A model generated the notes under the pieces. The model searched no databases. It had not been told where the DNA came from and worked only from the letters and a program-made list of their open reading frames with translations. From assembly GCF_001194135.2 (NCBI RefSeq), contig NC_068984.1:27160655-27224654 (forward strand): a stretch of 64,000 nt of DNA, read 5' to 3'. Every line of letters starts with the position of its first letter. Position 1 is the first letter of the stretch. This document shows positions 26,300-40,070 of the stretch, piece after piece. The position numbers were made by a program, and so were the translations under genes. Source of the DNA: Octopus bimaculoides. Its lineage: Eukaryota.

Positions 26300-28720
26300 G
26301 AACAATCAGAAAACTTAATGACTTCATCGCGACTTTAGAACGAACGAAAACTGCTGATCATGTACTATGCCCCCAATATATCACACTTGAATATGAATAG
26401 AATAACACTACTCAAAAGCAAGCTATGATAAAGACGAAAACAATAATAGCAGGGATAGATTTAAGAGAAAGAAATGCAGAAAATAATTTTAAAATATGGA
26501 AAGGATATATACCCTTGCTTGAAACATTTCAAAGCAAGAATGAGTAGAAAACATTTTCAGGTAGCATCTTTAAATACAGAGACTACAAAAGCGAAATGCA
26601 GGTGAGATAATGAGTTGTATGGAACGTCAAAAAAGCCAAAGTCATATTTTGTTTAGTATGTCGAATCTTTGGTAAAAGCAGACATAATGATAATCAACAA
26701 CAAAGAATCTATGGTCTACCGTAGAAAAAATGAAGAGAATTATTTAACGAAATTCCGGACCGTGAACGTAGTAACTATTATAAAGTGAATAATGCAGCAT
26801 AGAAGGCGCTTCAATAAAGATTTCATTCTGACATTTGCATGGAATATGTTCTGCATGAACAAAGTGTAGCAGAGAAGGATAACTAGAGTAATATTTTACA
26901 CCGTGTAATTACCGTTACTTTTTTTAGTGAAGGTTGAAAGAACATTAACATTCTGTGGTACTTCTCACCTGATTGCAATGTTCAAATTGGTAGCCTTCTT
27001 AGGCTTGTTGAGTTTTATCTCAATAGGATACCGTACTAAAAACCCATGCCAGGAAATTCAAAGAAAGCCAGAACAAAAGAAAACAAGTTGAAAGTACATT
27101 ATTTGTTAGCTGAATCACAAACTGAAATCATTTCTTTTTGTTTCAGTCTTGTTAATCTCTGAAAGATCGAAGGCAAAATATGTTCAATAATAGTTGATGC
27201 GACCCCTGATTCCATACATGTCGAACAGACAACATTTATCATGTTACTTTGAAAGTATAGATTATGCGTTTACGATTCAAGAGAGATATCTACTTTTCTA
27301 GACTTTTGTGAGAAAACAAGTACTGAGATTGCAAACATGATAAAAGAAACATTGAACATTTCCTTGGAAGACTTGCAGGGGTCAATAATATGACAATGGT
27401 TCCAAAATAGTATTTAAGTACAAGTGAGTACAAAGGATATTTGACAAAATCATGTCGGTATTTTCTCACCATGTAGATGCCATATACTGAATTTGTGTGG
27501 TACAGATTCAACAGAGTAGTTACCTTAGTCAGAACAATTAAACGTGTTTATAATATATTTACTTATGGTCTAAAAGTTGACAAATTCTGACACCCGTGGG
27601 CTTTCAATCCTTTCTCGCGTATCAAGTATCCTGAGCCTGTCAGAGTCTATAGTGTTAAATCATTTGTATGAAGTCTCAATGGTATCATATTGGTATCATA
27701 TTTTCTGCAACCTGATACGGAATGTCAGACGTGAATTTTCAGGAGCTTATACATAAATGTTCTCGTTGAGATGAATAGTCATGTCATTCATCCGGTTCAA
27801 CATTATATCTTCCATTAGCACCATTGTATTGCAGACAGGAAGTACCACTGTTGGTATTGAAAAGCTCATCAAAATCTTGCAGAAACTGTGAGATCAATTT
27901 GATATCCTACGTACAACAAATTGATATTAATCTGCAAGTGAATGAAAGAAAGCGAAATTGTCTTTTTTGAGAACTAACCAAATGATAAAACTTGACAATG
28001 TGGATCCTGACATGCAAAAATCATTATTTCGGATATCATTTTATTTTATTGTCGATTAAGTCATCGTGGGGTCTAACAAATCCATTAGAAGCTACAAACA
28101 AGTTTCTGGCAGTCTGTCATTTCTCTGACAATATCTGTAAGAAGGATTGAGTGGCATTTTCAAAAATCTACAATGCTGATGCAAATCATAAAAAAAAATT
28201 CAAAGACAGCGAATTTCAGGAACTGCATTCATGAGCCCATGCTTTTTCTCCCCCACCCCAATAAAATACACTGTTACAGTTGGAAAATATCATTCTGAAT
28301 TTGGGTTCATGATTCCTGCGTTTGCCATGATGCCTGCAATCGCAACCTCAGTAGAACATTTTTTTGGTAAGCATTTAAACTTCATGTTCATTTGTAGCTA
28401 CTGTTGACGCCGTATTTATTACTAACATTTCATTGTTGATAAACAATTTCTCAGAAGAAACACGTCACCATATCATCTGATGACATTTGTATGACTCCAG
28501 GTTTTCATCACTCTGGATTTTTCACATGCTGGTTTCAACGGAAGTCGCAACTACCATTAAATAAGCATAAACCGATAAAGAAATGCTACAAAACAAACAT
28601 GGATTATTTGACGATCTTAACTCGCTTCACATCAAATCGGAATTTTGTTGAAATATTGATTTCAGATATATCATACAAATCTATGCACATAAGAAGGTAC
28701 GCAAAACACTTCTGAAAAAG
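26300..28720 (+). pseudogene. Degenerate hAT-superfamily (ZMYM1/ZBED-type) transposase
   Basis: CSIIVDATPDSIHVEQ (first catalytic D, ~27180); TIQERYLLFLDFCEKTS; PCRCHILNLCG (CxxH motif, ~27470); MPAIATSVEHFFGK (dimerisation domain, ~28310-28370); DLNSLHIKSE...YAHKKVRK (~28610-28705). Confidence 0.85.
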
Positions 28721-29569
28721 TGGAAACCTACTTAGTTATTATATGACAGAAATAAATAATTAAAATTACAGTATTTTTTAAATTTAATTCTTTGCTGGTT
28801 GCCTTAAATTATTAGTCTTACGCAGAAAATAATTCTTTTGAAGACCCGGAGAACGGTATATTCCATTTTATTGCTATATTCTTTTACTTGTCTTTGTCAT
28901 TTGACTAGAGCCATTAAGAAATGAAGGTGAAGAAAACTACAAACATTGTATAAACAATTCTAGGTTGAAAACTATAGTCTTAAAATAAGTCAATGTACTA
29001 TTATGAGTCTCTTTGAGAACTTTCTTTACACTCCCTAACTATTTCTAATTAAAGAGCTAAATTTATTTCAGCGAGCAGCGGCATGCCTTTTGATATAAAT
29101 CTGATATAATAAATATTATTCGATGTCATGGGTTGTTAGCCATCAACTTGGAATCGAATAGCGTTGTACTCAGAGTATCTCAAACAACTTCTGAACAAAT
29201 TAGCTAAATTAGAAAGATTGACAATTGTAACTGTTTGTAGAAAAACTGTTGGACGAGAAGAAATTCTGTTAGATGACAATAATGTTTTTCCCTCTACCAA
29301 ACTTCATTTATTATTTATGAATCCCTTAGTCATTGGAGATGATCTGCTAAAATAATGGAAAGTTTATAACAATGGCAATTCAAAAGAAAGAAAAGAATAT
29401 TTTGCCACGATATCAAAGTGCACATATCCGCACTAGTGCTAAACTCCTTTATAAAGTCAAATCACAAGACTAGGAAGAATAATGAAGTAATTAATTCTAG
29501 GTATTCATTCTGGCTTCACGCAAAACCGGAATGGCGCTAAATAAATATTATTATTAATCATATGCCTAA

Positions 29570-29782
29570 GGTGGCGACCTGACTGAATCGTTAGCACACC
29601 AGGCGAAATGCTTAGCGACATTTCGGCCGTTTTCCGTTCCGAGCTTAAATTCTGCCGAGGTGGATTTTGCCTTTCATCTTTTCGGAATCAATAAAATAAG
29701 TATTAGTTGAGCACTGAGATCAATGTAATTGATTTACTGCCTATTACAAAACAGCTGGCTTTGTGCTAAAATTTGAAACCAT
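29570..29782 (+). mobile_element. tRNA-derived SINE family 'C'
   Basis: ggtggcgacctgactgaatcgttagcacaccaggcgaaatgcttagcg...aaaatttgaaacc. Confidence 0.88.
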
Positions 29783-29829
29783 TATTAAGCATATACACTG
29801 ATATCTGCCGCTCGAAAAGACACAATCAG

Positions 29830-30240
29830 GTAAACTTTCTGCAATTTTGATTGTTTAAACATGGCAACAATTCAAGACACCCTAAGGTTTTGTAAAATAC
29901 CAGATTCATTCCTTAATGCTAATATGTCCTTGTACATTAATGTGTGTGTTTATGTTCGCATTGCTTCGGGCAACAATGATGAATTTGTGACGTCTTCTGG
30001 CGTACTGCAAGGAAACACACTTGTACCTTATCATTTATAATTATTAGAGATGCTTAGGTAATATGTAAATATCTGCAAAAGACAATGAAAATACAACTCG
30101 GATAGATACAACTCCAGTAGATTTACTGCTATAAAACTTGCATATTAACAGACACTAAAATTTTTCACTGGTAATTCTTTTCAAGCTGAAACGTAACAGA
30201 AATTTGAAACGATATCTACAAAAGTGGGGCAAAACTAAAT
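29830..30240 (+). mobile_element. RTE-type LINE RT fragment
   Basis: IPDSFLNANMSLYIN...DEFVTSSGVLQGNTLVPYHFIII matches F.I..GVLQGDTLAPYLFII. Confidence 0.7.
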
Positions 30241-30885
30241 AAATAAATAAATAAATCAAAAGAATTAAAAGCCAAAAATAATATTTGTTGAACCTGAACT
30301 TAACAATCCTACATACCGTTGCAAGAGTTCAAATTCTTATTGTCATACTTTTGTTACCGATGAAATGACATAACAGATAGTGGAAATGTATTGAGACAAG
30401 TTTTGCAGATTAGCCTGGTAAACAAATTATTCAGTCAGTGATACAATTAAATGCAACTTTTCCAAGTCAAGGGTTTCATTGAAAGAGTTTTATTCCATAG
30501 AAGCGAAAGCTGAACAATGACAGAAACACTAAAAGAAGCAATAAACGTTGGATATTGCTCTCTTTTACAATTCACAGTTAATTTTCAAGAAAAAAAAACC
30601 GAAAGAAGAATTGAATGGCTAATTCCAAGATCTCAAACAATGCAAGCAGAAAGATTTTTTTTTGTGTGTAACAAACATTTTTTTATTTAGATGTGATTAG
30701 AGAGAGAATATACAATTGGCCATTCTTTGGACATAAGACAAAAGGATTACAGAGCCTTATTATGCTGGAACAAAATTTCAAAATTAAAGACGATCTAGAC
30801 GGATGAAATATTAGATTTTAGCTAAGTTTCTGCGTGTAAAGAACAGTCACACATATGTGCGCACACACATCTCTCTATATATACG

Positions 30886-31130
30886 CAGGGTGTTCAGGCT
30901 AAACTTGACAGTTTGCGTAAAAGATGTAAGGAAAACAATATCCCACCCCAAAATAAAAATATTCTAAAAACAATAAAAAAATAACGACTGGATTATGGCT
31001 GGGAGATAATAGTTTACTCAAATTACTTGCTTGAGAGCGGCCTCAAAGTGACTCGAGAACCTGACGCATATGTTTCTCATTACCCATTTGGTCGTTATTT
31101 ATACGCTATCTACTGTTTTTTTTAAAATGA
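30886..31130 (+). mobile_element. Tc1/mariner-type left terminus
   Basis: CAGGGTGTTCAGGCTAAACTTGACAG start resembles the CAGGGTG termini at 52491 and 35688; partner TIR not seen (gap follows). Confidence 0.4.
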
Positions 31131-31199
31131 TTATATCCTCAATTTATAAGTATNNNNNNNNNNNNNNNNNNNNNNNNNNNNNNNNNNTATATATATATA

Positions 31200-31241
<42 letters not shown>

Positions 31242-31994
31242 CGTAATCTCTGGCAATTCGAGAAAGACAAGACGATTTTGCAATTTCTTGCTGAACAAGC
31301 TGCACAAATGAATCGTTTTTAGTGAATCAAATCGATGTTGCCTGATCAGGTGCACGATGTACTATAATACATCGACGAAGTAATCGCAGAGCAACGTAAG
31401 ATAGTGTTTTTCTCAAGATCACAGCGCACCACTCGATCCAGGAATTGAAACGACAACCTCGCGATCGTGTGTACACTATCCTAAATACAATAGACCAAAA
31501 ATTGAAAATTGAAATAGACAGAAACATGTACACACTGATATAGTTTATATATAATTGTTGTTGGATGTAGTCGTTTTGCTATATGTAATTCTGACATTTT
31601 TTTCCTTCTTGGTTTAATCTGTTTGTACCTATGCATTTGTATGTTTCTATCTATCTTTCTATCTGTGTCTATTTTTATTTTACTGGTTTCCTTCAATCTT
31701 TTTACCGTCCTACTTAACAGCATAATTATCTCTCTATCTATCTATGTATTTATCTATCAGCCTACCTACTCATCAAACTTCTTCCCTCCTTCCCTATTTA
31801 CCTACCAATCCCTCTCCTTTCATTTGTCTACATATTTTCCCATTATTTACCACACACAACTCTATGCTTCTTCATTTAATCGTATGATTAGCATGTGTAT
31901 TTAAATTCGTGTACATTTATGTATATGTGCATTCACACATATACCTACATATGCACACACTCATAAATGTATATACATAAATATATACATACTA

Positions 31995-32310
31995 ACTGGC
32001 ATTCCGTCGCTTACGACGTCAAGGGTTCTAGTTGATCTGCCCAACGGAAGAGCCTTCTCGTGAAATTAAGATGCAAGTTGCTGAGCACTCCACAGATACG
32101 CATACCCTGAACGTAGTTCTCCGGGAGACTCAGCGTGATACAGAATAAGACAAGGTTGGTCTTTAGAAATACAAGTACTACTCATTTTTGCCAGCTGAAT
32201 GAGCTGAAACAACGTGAAATAAAGTGTTTTGTTCAGGGACAAAACGCGCCGCATGGAATTGAACACACAACCTTCCAATCATGAGCCGAATACTCTAACC
32301 ACTAAGCCAA
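31995..32310 (-). mobile_element. tRNA-derived SINE family 'D', near full length
   Basis: Minus strand: tggcttagtggttagag (A box)...gttcaattcc (B box)...actttatttcacgttg...gctggcaaaaatgagt...tail aacccttgacgtcgtaagcgacggaatgcc. Confidence 0.85.
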
Positions 32311-33180
32311 GTGCCTTCACATATGCACACACATACACACACACACACACAAACACACACTCACACGCACAAAGACACACACACATACGCACAGTACATA
32401 CACACGCTTTCAAAGACATATAGAAGTCAAAAGCCTTGCATATAGAAACACATACAAGTCCTCACATATATTGCTATAATAATTCGATTATCCATATCTG
32501 TTCATGTAGCTATGCCTCTTTTCATTCATTCCAATATTTATATACTTATGCAACACAGACTCAGACACACAGACATACACATATGAGGTATATGCGTTTG
32601 TGTATACGTGTACACACATAGCGATAAACGCTTACAAGTGTCTCTCTACTAAATTGCTTTTAAATATATTTGTCATTCTATCCTGTCGTCTGTATATCTA
32701 TTTTTTTATTCATCTGTTACATGACACACACGTATGCACATGTTTGTGCATGTATGAGTGTATGTACACGCATACACATACTAATATATATATAAATGAT
32801 ATATCCATAAATATATGCATTCTTACATATCCATAAATTTGCACACATGCTTAGCCATACATATAATACACATAACTAATGTATAGAATATAAAGTAAAA
32901 TAAAATATGTACCATAAATTATAAAATATATAATATACATAATACATAATGCATATATATATTTATGTAGTACATACAATATCTGCAGTATGCATAATAG
33001 TTAAAAAGTTGCATGCATAAAACATAACATAGTATAATAAAAAGAGACGCGAGTACAAAAGTGGATATTACCAAGAATTATATGTAGTAAAACATATTTA
33101 TAATAAAATTATGTATTTATGCATATCTATATGCGTGTGTATGTGTGAGTGGGTGTTTGCATTGATGTGTGTATGTATAC

Positions 33181-33275
<95 letters not shown>

Positions 33276-33479
33276 GCACACACTCATACAAGAAGGAAAA
33301 TATAATATGAAAATGAAAAGGCAAATATTGGTAAATGTAAACATTATTATCATGGTATTAAATGTGTTGTAACAGATCTTATGAATTTGAAAATGTAAAA
33401 ATATCAATAGAAAATATATTTTGTAAAACGTTTTTCTCGTTGCTGATTAATGCATATAGATCTATGGATTTTGCCCGTC

Positions 33480-33990
33480 TCTAGTTGAAATTGTCTTACG
33501 AGGTACCGATCTTTGAGAAAAGCTCAGACTTTTAGTTAAAAGTATGTTGCATTCTATCGTCAGGTTCAGGTTGAATGCTAGAACCTTGTTGTATAGGTTG
33601 ACATTTTCAATGACTGTCTAGTTTATTTTAATGTTTTCGCTATTCATTTTTAAGGCTACATATATATTTAACCAATGAGGTTTGGTCTCTATGTTCTAGA
33701 TACCAAAATGAGAAGAGGTGCTCCATAGTTCAACATTTTAATGAATCGGCTGTGAAGCCGATCGATATAATTTCTGTCTATGTTTTCAGGCAAAAAGATG
33801 TAATTTCAGAGATGAATGACCAGATACTTTTGTGTCTATATTTAAAAAAGTAAAGTTAGACTTTAATTCTGAAAGGTAAAATAGATGCAATGCTTGAAAA
33901 AACGTTGCCTCTGTCGGAGTGGTGAATGTTGCTGAGCCGAAATTACGAAGTTACTATCAAGCTTTCCCTTTTAGAGATAAAATTTGGTAC
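33480..33990 (-). mobile_element. Penelope-like element N-terminal fragment
   Basis: NVNLYNKVLAFNLNLTIECNILLTKSLSFS resembles the VINLS...L...E..LL.KGLNF PLE N-terminal motif. Confidence 0.4.
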
Positions 33991-34739
33991 CCTTCGTAAC
34001 TGTATTGATTGATCCGTCAATTAATGTTTGTTTTTATATACCAATGTACATAAAAAAAACAATCATTCATTCATACAAATATAAATGTGTGCGTGTGTGT
34101 GTGTGTATACATACATATACATACATAGAAACCATAAAATGTCAGCAGGTATGAGGGGTGAATATATCTAATCACTTAATATCTGTAGGATTACGCTGCA
34201 AATATACGTGACAAAGCTAGCTCTTCAGTTCGTCAGAACATCATGGTTACATCAATGCTTAACCATGACGTTTTTTCTTTTTTGAGTGGGAAAGAACTTC
34301 ACGGACATCAAACTCACGTGCTCCTCTCACTATGCTCAGTGGCGAGATGCAGTCAAAGGAATTGAGTTTGTACGAGAATGTACTTGCAAGCGACTCCTAT
34401 GCTTGCTACACGTGCACACACAAGCTTATACATATATGAATATATACGCATTTACTGTCAGTGAATATATATCTGAATACAAAATCCTAAATTAATATCG
34501 AATTATCATTTCAAAAACAAGTTATTATTTATCGAATTATAAGAGATTAATGAACTCTATATAAACTTCTTGAATGTCCGAAAGTATTTTATCAGTACCA
34601 GTTTTTATGAGTAACGACTCTAAGTTTAATGACATCTTTAGATTAGATATGTCTTTTAACTATTCCTTAATTTACAACCTTATTCTGCTTTCCATCCTCT
34701 TGACTAACTGATTATAGTCCCACCCACCTTATAATTCTT

Positions 34740-35690
34740 AGATGTTGGTAATTCTGATTCGAAATTTAGCTTGCTGGTGAACTGTTGGTTCATCAACATC
34801 TCACTGCTTGCTTGTTATACTTGCTAAAACTCCCTGAAAGTATGTCAGGGAGCCGAATCTTGCTGCTATACATATGGTTTTCCATCTGCTTCACACAGTC
34901 GTTTGAATTGAGTCTAAGGCCTTGTTCAAAGCTGTGGAGCGGCCTGACATGCGCCCTCACTAGAGACACACACAAAGACCATCAAAGTTTTGGGGAACTT
35001 AGTTTCCATGATACATGGGATATCACATGGATTGTAGGCAAGCCACCTGTTGTTCTGAATGTTGCGTAACTGGTCCTAGCAGACATTCTTTTCATATGAG
35101 AAGAACCAGATCCTTACTGGCTCAATAAGATGCCTCAGCTTGTTAAAGAGCTTCTGTGTCTTCGCCAAGCAGTTATCATTGGCCTTGGCTGTCAGAATAT
35201 GGCCCTTATACATATTGTACAAGCAGTAGCGAAGGTCTTCATTCAGGTCAAGTTCCTGATAGCGACTATACACCCATCTCTCAAACCAAAGCTCGGATTC
35301 CCTTGCTCAGGTTTTCCATCACCTTGTCTTGCATTCGCCAGATGAATTCCGGCGTGTAGACGCTGTCAGCACGCCTGGCGTGTCCCTTACTACTGTCTAT
35401 GGCTTTTTAGTCTACGTTGCAGCTGTCCATGTCTTACAACCTTCACAGCGTTCACAGAGCATTGAGCAACAGTCTTGATATCCGCATTTTTATATCCGAC
35501 TCGAATCATCATGATACAGGTAAATCTTTTCCATTATTTAGATGGATTCCAGTCATTCATGTCAGTTAACTTTTTCCCAACAACTTTAATCTTTATGCTT
35601 TCCTACGCTGTTGACTGTTCACCAATACATGAAGCTGTTCCTGAAAAAAGGGGACATAAAACTTGTCCAATTTATCCCGAACACCCAATC
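34740..35690 (-). mobile_element. Tc1/mariner (maT/DD37D-like) transposon, degenerate transposase with one TIR
   Basis: RIWFFSYEKN (~FFSDEKNF); QNNRWLAYNP.DIP..METKFPKTLMVF; VSSEG; HSFEQGLRLNS; YVQQQDSAP.HTS; terminus GGGTGTTCGGGATAAATTG near 35690. Confidence 0.87.
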
Positions 35691-35707
35691 TATCTCTCTA
35701 TACTTAC

Positions 35708-35748
<41 letters not shown>

Positions 35749-36531
35749 NNNNNNNNNNNNNNNNNNNNNNNNNNNNNNNNNNNNNNNNNNNNNNNNNNNN
35801 NNNNNNNNNNNNNNNNNNNNNNNNNNNNNNNNNNNNNNNNNNNNNNNNNNNNNNNNNNNNNNNNNNNNNNNNNNNNNNNNNNNNNNNNNNNNNNNNNNNN
35901 NNNNNNNNNNNNNNNNNNNNNNNNNNNNNNNNNNNNNNNNNNNNNNNNNNNNNNNNNNNNNNNNNNNNNNNNNNNNNNNNNNNNNNNNNNNNNNNNNNNN
36001 NNNNNNNNNNNNNNNNNNNNNNNNNNNNNNNNNNNNNNNNNNNNNNNNNNNNNNNNNNNNNNNNNNNNNNNNNNNNNNNNNNNNNNNNNNNNNNNNNNNN
36101 NNNNNNNNNNNNNNNNNNNNNNNNNNNNNNNNNNNNNNNNNNNNNNNNNNNNNNNNNNNNNNNNNNNNNNNNNNNNNNNNNNNNNNNNNNNNNNNNNNNN
36201 NNNNNNNNNNNNNNNNNNNNNNNNNNNNNNNNNNNNNNNNNNNNNNNNNNNNNNNNNNNNNNNNNNNNNNNNNNNNNNNNNNNNNNNNNNNNNNNNNNNN
36301 NNNNNNNNNNNNNNNNNNNNNNNNNNNNNNNNNNNNNNNNNNNNNNNNNNNNNNNNNNNNNNNNNNNNNNNNNNNNNNNNNNNNNNNNNNNNNNNNNNNN
36401 NNNNNNNNNNNNNNNNNNNNNNNNNNNNNNNNNNNNNNNNNNNNNNNNNNNNNNNNNNNNNNNNNNNNNNNNNNNNNNNNNNNNNNNNNNNNNNNNNNNN
36501 NNNNNNNNNNNNNNNNNNNNNNNGCAGCAGC

Positions 36532-36570
<39 letters not shown>

Positions 36571-37227
36571 AATTATAAAATTGATTATGATGATGATGAT
36601 GATTATGATGATGATGATTATGATGATGATGAATTAGTCGATGAAGATGATGATGGGGAAGAGAAGGAGGGAGAAGAGTGTGATGATAAACATGATGAAT
36701 AAATAGCAAATAAATAACCATTTGAAATTAGTGTATCTTAATATTTATTGTTCTCATTGTTTTTCTTAACTGTTATTTTTCCTTCATTTTTTTTTTACAA
36801 ATTATTTTGTAGAATATTTTTTGTCTTATCTTTTACAATATATATAATATATGTATGTTTATTTTTGTTTCCAAATACCAACATCTATTAGTAGCATAGT
36901 GATAAAAAAAATATGCTTCTAATCTACAGCACAAATACTTTCCTTTACTTTTCGTATATATCTATATCTTTGAATGAATGTATTTCTATTTGGTTTTATA
37001 TTTAACGTGATCATCATTATTAAGAAATACTGAATTGTATTTTCACCTTTCATTAGAATTGACTGCTATCACTATTATTAATATTTTAAGAAAAAACATG
37101 ATTTACTGCAGTTACTAATACCAGCTTTCAATTTAGAAAGGTGGAAAATAGGTTAATTAAATAGTTAATATGCACACAGATTACGGTATTCTTAAAAACT
37201 ACACTACATACCTATATACACGCATGC

Positions 37228-37272
<45 letters not shown>

Positions 37273-37292
37273 ATATATATATATATACAGAA

Positions 37293-37339
<47 letters not shown>

Positions 37340-37473
37340 GGTATCTAGGCAGGTAACACTAAGTAAGTGCTATGGATAGACCGTAGTTAAACTCTTGGTT
37401 CGATAGTGATACGAGTGAGGAGTCTAATGTGGGTCTTGTATTAGCATGCATATATATATATATATATATATAT

Positions 37474-37630
37474 ATTAGACAAAATGAGATAACAAAACCA
37501 AACCAGTGAGGAGTTTTCAGGACATTTATAAGGAAAAAGATATAGATATAGACTATATCTATATATTTGTCCTTATAAATGTCCTGAAAACTCCTCACAG
37601 CCCTGGCTTTGTTATCTCAGTTTGACTAAT
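37474..37630. repeat. 157-bp foldback inverted repeat (hairpin MITE-like) inserted in (TA)n
   Basis: 78-nt arms symmetric about 37552; 29-bp perfect core 37506-37534 / 37570-37598. Confidence 0.92.
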
Positions 37631-37689
37631 ATATATATATATATATACGTGTGTGTGTGTGTGTAATATAGATAATGTAATTATATAAT

Positions 37690-37990
37690 GTCAACGCGCA
37701 AAGGTGGATTGAACGTTACATTAATGAGAAACCCGTCAAGATAACTCTTCCAATTCAATACTCATTTCCAACACTCAACAATGTATCTATCCCACAAGGC
37801 TCAATACTTCGGCCATTTCTGTCTTTAGTCTTCATAGAAATCCTTGTCAGTAACTACGAAAATAAACTGTATTTCTGTTTGCGATGTAGTAGTATCCTTA
37901 AATTGGCCCTTGCTAGGTTAAAAGTTTGACCAGACAATGGCATCCTCAATATATAAATCAATGACTCTCGCATGTAAATGAATCTCTGGA
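37690..37990 (+). mobile_element. CR1/L2-type LINE RT fragment
   Basis: WIERYINE...VSIPQGSILRPFLSLVFI (~W...YL...GVPQGSILGPLLFLIFI). Confidence 0.6.
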
Positions 37991-38049
37991 AGTTGCAGTC
38001 TGCCATTTTTTTTTTTAAAGCAGCTTCAGGTTTTGAATATTACCGTATA

Positions 38050-38370
38050 CAGTAGACTGGTGTGGGCAAAAATATCTCCAATATATGTAATAGAGATGCG
38101 AAGAAGTTGGGGACGCTATGGAAAAAACAAACGAGCCGGTTAAGGGAAGAAGAGACAGCGTGCCGAAGTTCAAATCTGAAACATACTAAAATATTTTTAT
38201 CTTTGTTGGACGAATACTTCATGATGCCCACTTCCCTACACCATACGAGTTCAAACGAAAGCTCTTGCAAAAATTGCGATTAATGGAGCTTATCTGTGAA
38301 AAAATTCTTATCGGGTGCTAACAACTGGAGAGAAATGTTGACACAAGAATAATTCTATATTAAAAAAAAA
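38050..38370 (+). mobile_element. Possible mariner transposase remnant
   Basis: ttcttatcgggtgctaacaactggagagaaatg resembles FL.RIVTGDEKW; weak match. Confidence 0.3.
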
Positions 38371-38929
38371 GCACAAACTACAGCCCATTCAGCAATGTTA
38401 CTGTCCGTCAGAACAAATCAATGCTACTGCGCAGTATGAAATATGTTATTTACCAGGGACCAATATATTCATGCTTTCGCACGCCCCCTGGACAATTGAC
38501 GCCAAAGGTCACAATCTGGAAGACCCCCTGGCCTTGACTGTCAGTATTTTGAACAAACTTCATGATAGTGTCCCTAGATCTACTCGGCCAATGACACAGA
38601 CTCTCAGACGCGAGTGCACAAATATCTCTGTTCATTCCCACCATCAGAAATACAGCGAACCAGTGTCATCTAATAAAGTTTATTATGTGTCTCATTGTAT
38701 ATATTAGCAAAGGCTCGTCATGATTTGTCTTTGTGTATGTTTAATAGTTATGTATAGTGTGTTTAATATGAGCCAGTTTGCAAAACACTTTTTAAAGGTG
38801 ATTTGATTTTGGTATTTGCAGTGTGACATGATCTTCCTTTTGTTTGAAATGTATGTGTTTGTGTGATTGTGTTGTAGGAAAAGGAGAAGTTTACAAAATT
38901 GGGTATGATGATGCACAGTTTATTAATTC

Positions 38930-39600
38930 AGGTGCAAAAAATGGAATGAGAAAAAATAGAGACGAAATTAAGAATTACGGTCCTCGTCCTCACTGATTGC
39001 AGACCTGGTTTAGAACACAATAACAGAACTGGTTTAGAACACAATAACAGAACTGGTTTAGAACAGAAAATACAATAACAGAAAATACGTCTAAGTCTTC
39101 GAAACTCAATCCAGAGCAGCTGGTGCCCTCCAATTCTATAAAAGTAACCAGCTAAAATTTCAGATATCGAATTGAGCAGTGTGCTGGAATTGCTAGATCG
39201 AAGAAGAATATGAAATCTTTCTGCTACACATGTTGCATTTCTTAGATCCATTAACATATGGCTTGGATTTATCCACTATTCTCCACTTAGTTGTAGGTGG
39301 TGTGTGGCTGCTCTTCAAATTCCATACATGGCTAGCCAACTTAGTTGCATTACTTTTATCGATGTTCCGGAAAAAGGTAGGTGGTTTGCATAACGTCCCT
39401 TGAATTCGCCCTCACATAACCCGATGTAATTCTTTTCAGTAGATTTCTTTTGGAGCATAGCTGTAACTTCAACTTTATCTATGATGGAGTTTATCGTACA
39501 CGCCTGGCCAAGTGGGTAACCTTCAGGTTCTCGACAGTTACAACTAGGAGTGGTCTCTTGGTGATTTTTGCGAGTTATAATGTTCTTCATGGTGCAGCAG
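38930..39600 (-). mobile_element. Penelope-like element GIY-YIG endonuclease and 3' UTR (CNCR...CPL type)
   Basis: CNCREPEGYPLGQACTINSII...NYIGLCEGEFKGRYANH; KWRIVDKSKPYVNGSKKCNM; ERFHILL...LLNSISEI. Confidence 0.87.
39005..39066. repeat. 24-bp tandem repeat, ~2.5 copies (ctggtttagaacacaataacagaa), in the PLE 3' UTR
   Basis: Directly visible. Confidence 0.9.
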
Positions 39601-40070
39601 CTGTATGATATTTTTTATTCAACATCTGTTAAAAATATTCCTATATTTATGATTTATTGGAAAATGTTTATCTAAAAGAGACAGGAATTTCTAGTCTACG
39701 TTAATCTTAATATTAAAGGAGAAAGGAGGGCGTACCAAATTATTTTCCTATGTTTATTTTTTGGTCCATTTTTCGATTTATATTTTAACTTAAATAGTTG
39801 TAATATATTTTATCTTTAAAGCCGCAGTTAACTAGGGCATTATTATAGTAGGGGACTTCCTTATCAGATATTTGTTTAGAAGATACGTTTAATATCCTAT
39901 TAATGCTAGCTATCAGATTTTTAAAACCTGTAGGTGGGTGACAGGACTGTTTATGTATATATAGTTTATGATACAGCTTAAAAGAGCGGGAGTTTAGTGT
40001 GTGTGTGTATAGGTGAAAAACATAAGAGATCTATACAAACCAAAATTCTATATATAAAAGATGGAGGTTG

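Noticed and set aside
39005-39066. 24-bp repeats as a CRISPR array
   Set aside because: Contiguous tandem units without unique spacers, eukaryotic context, no cas genes
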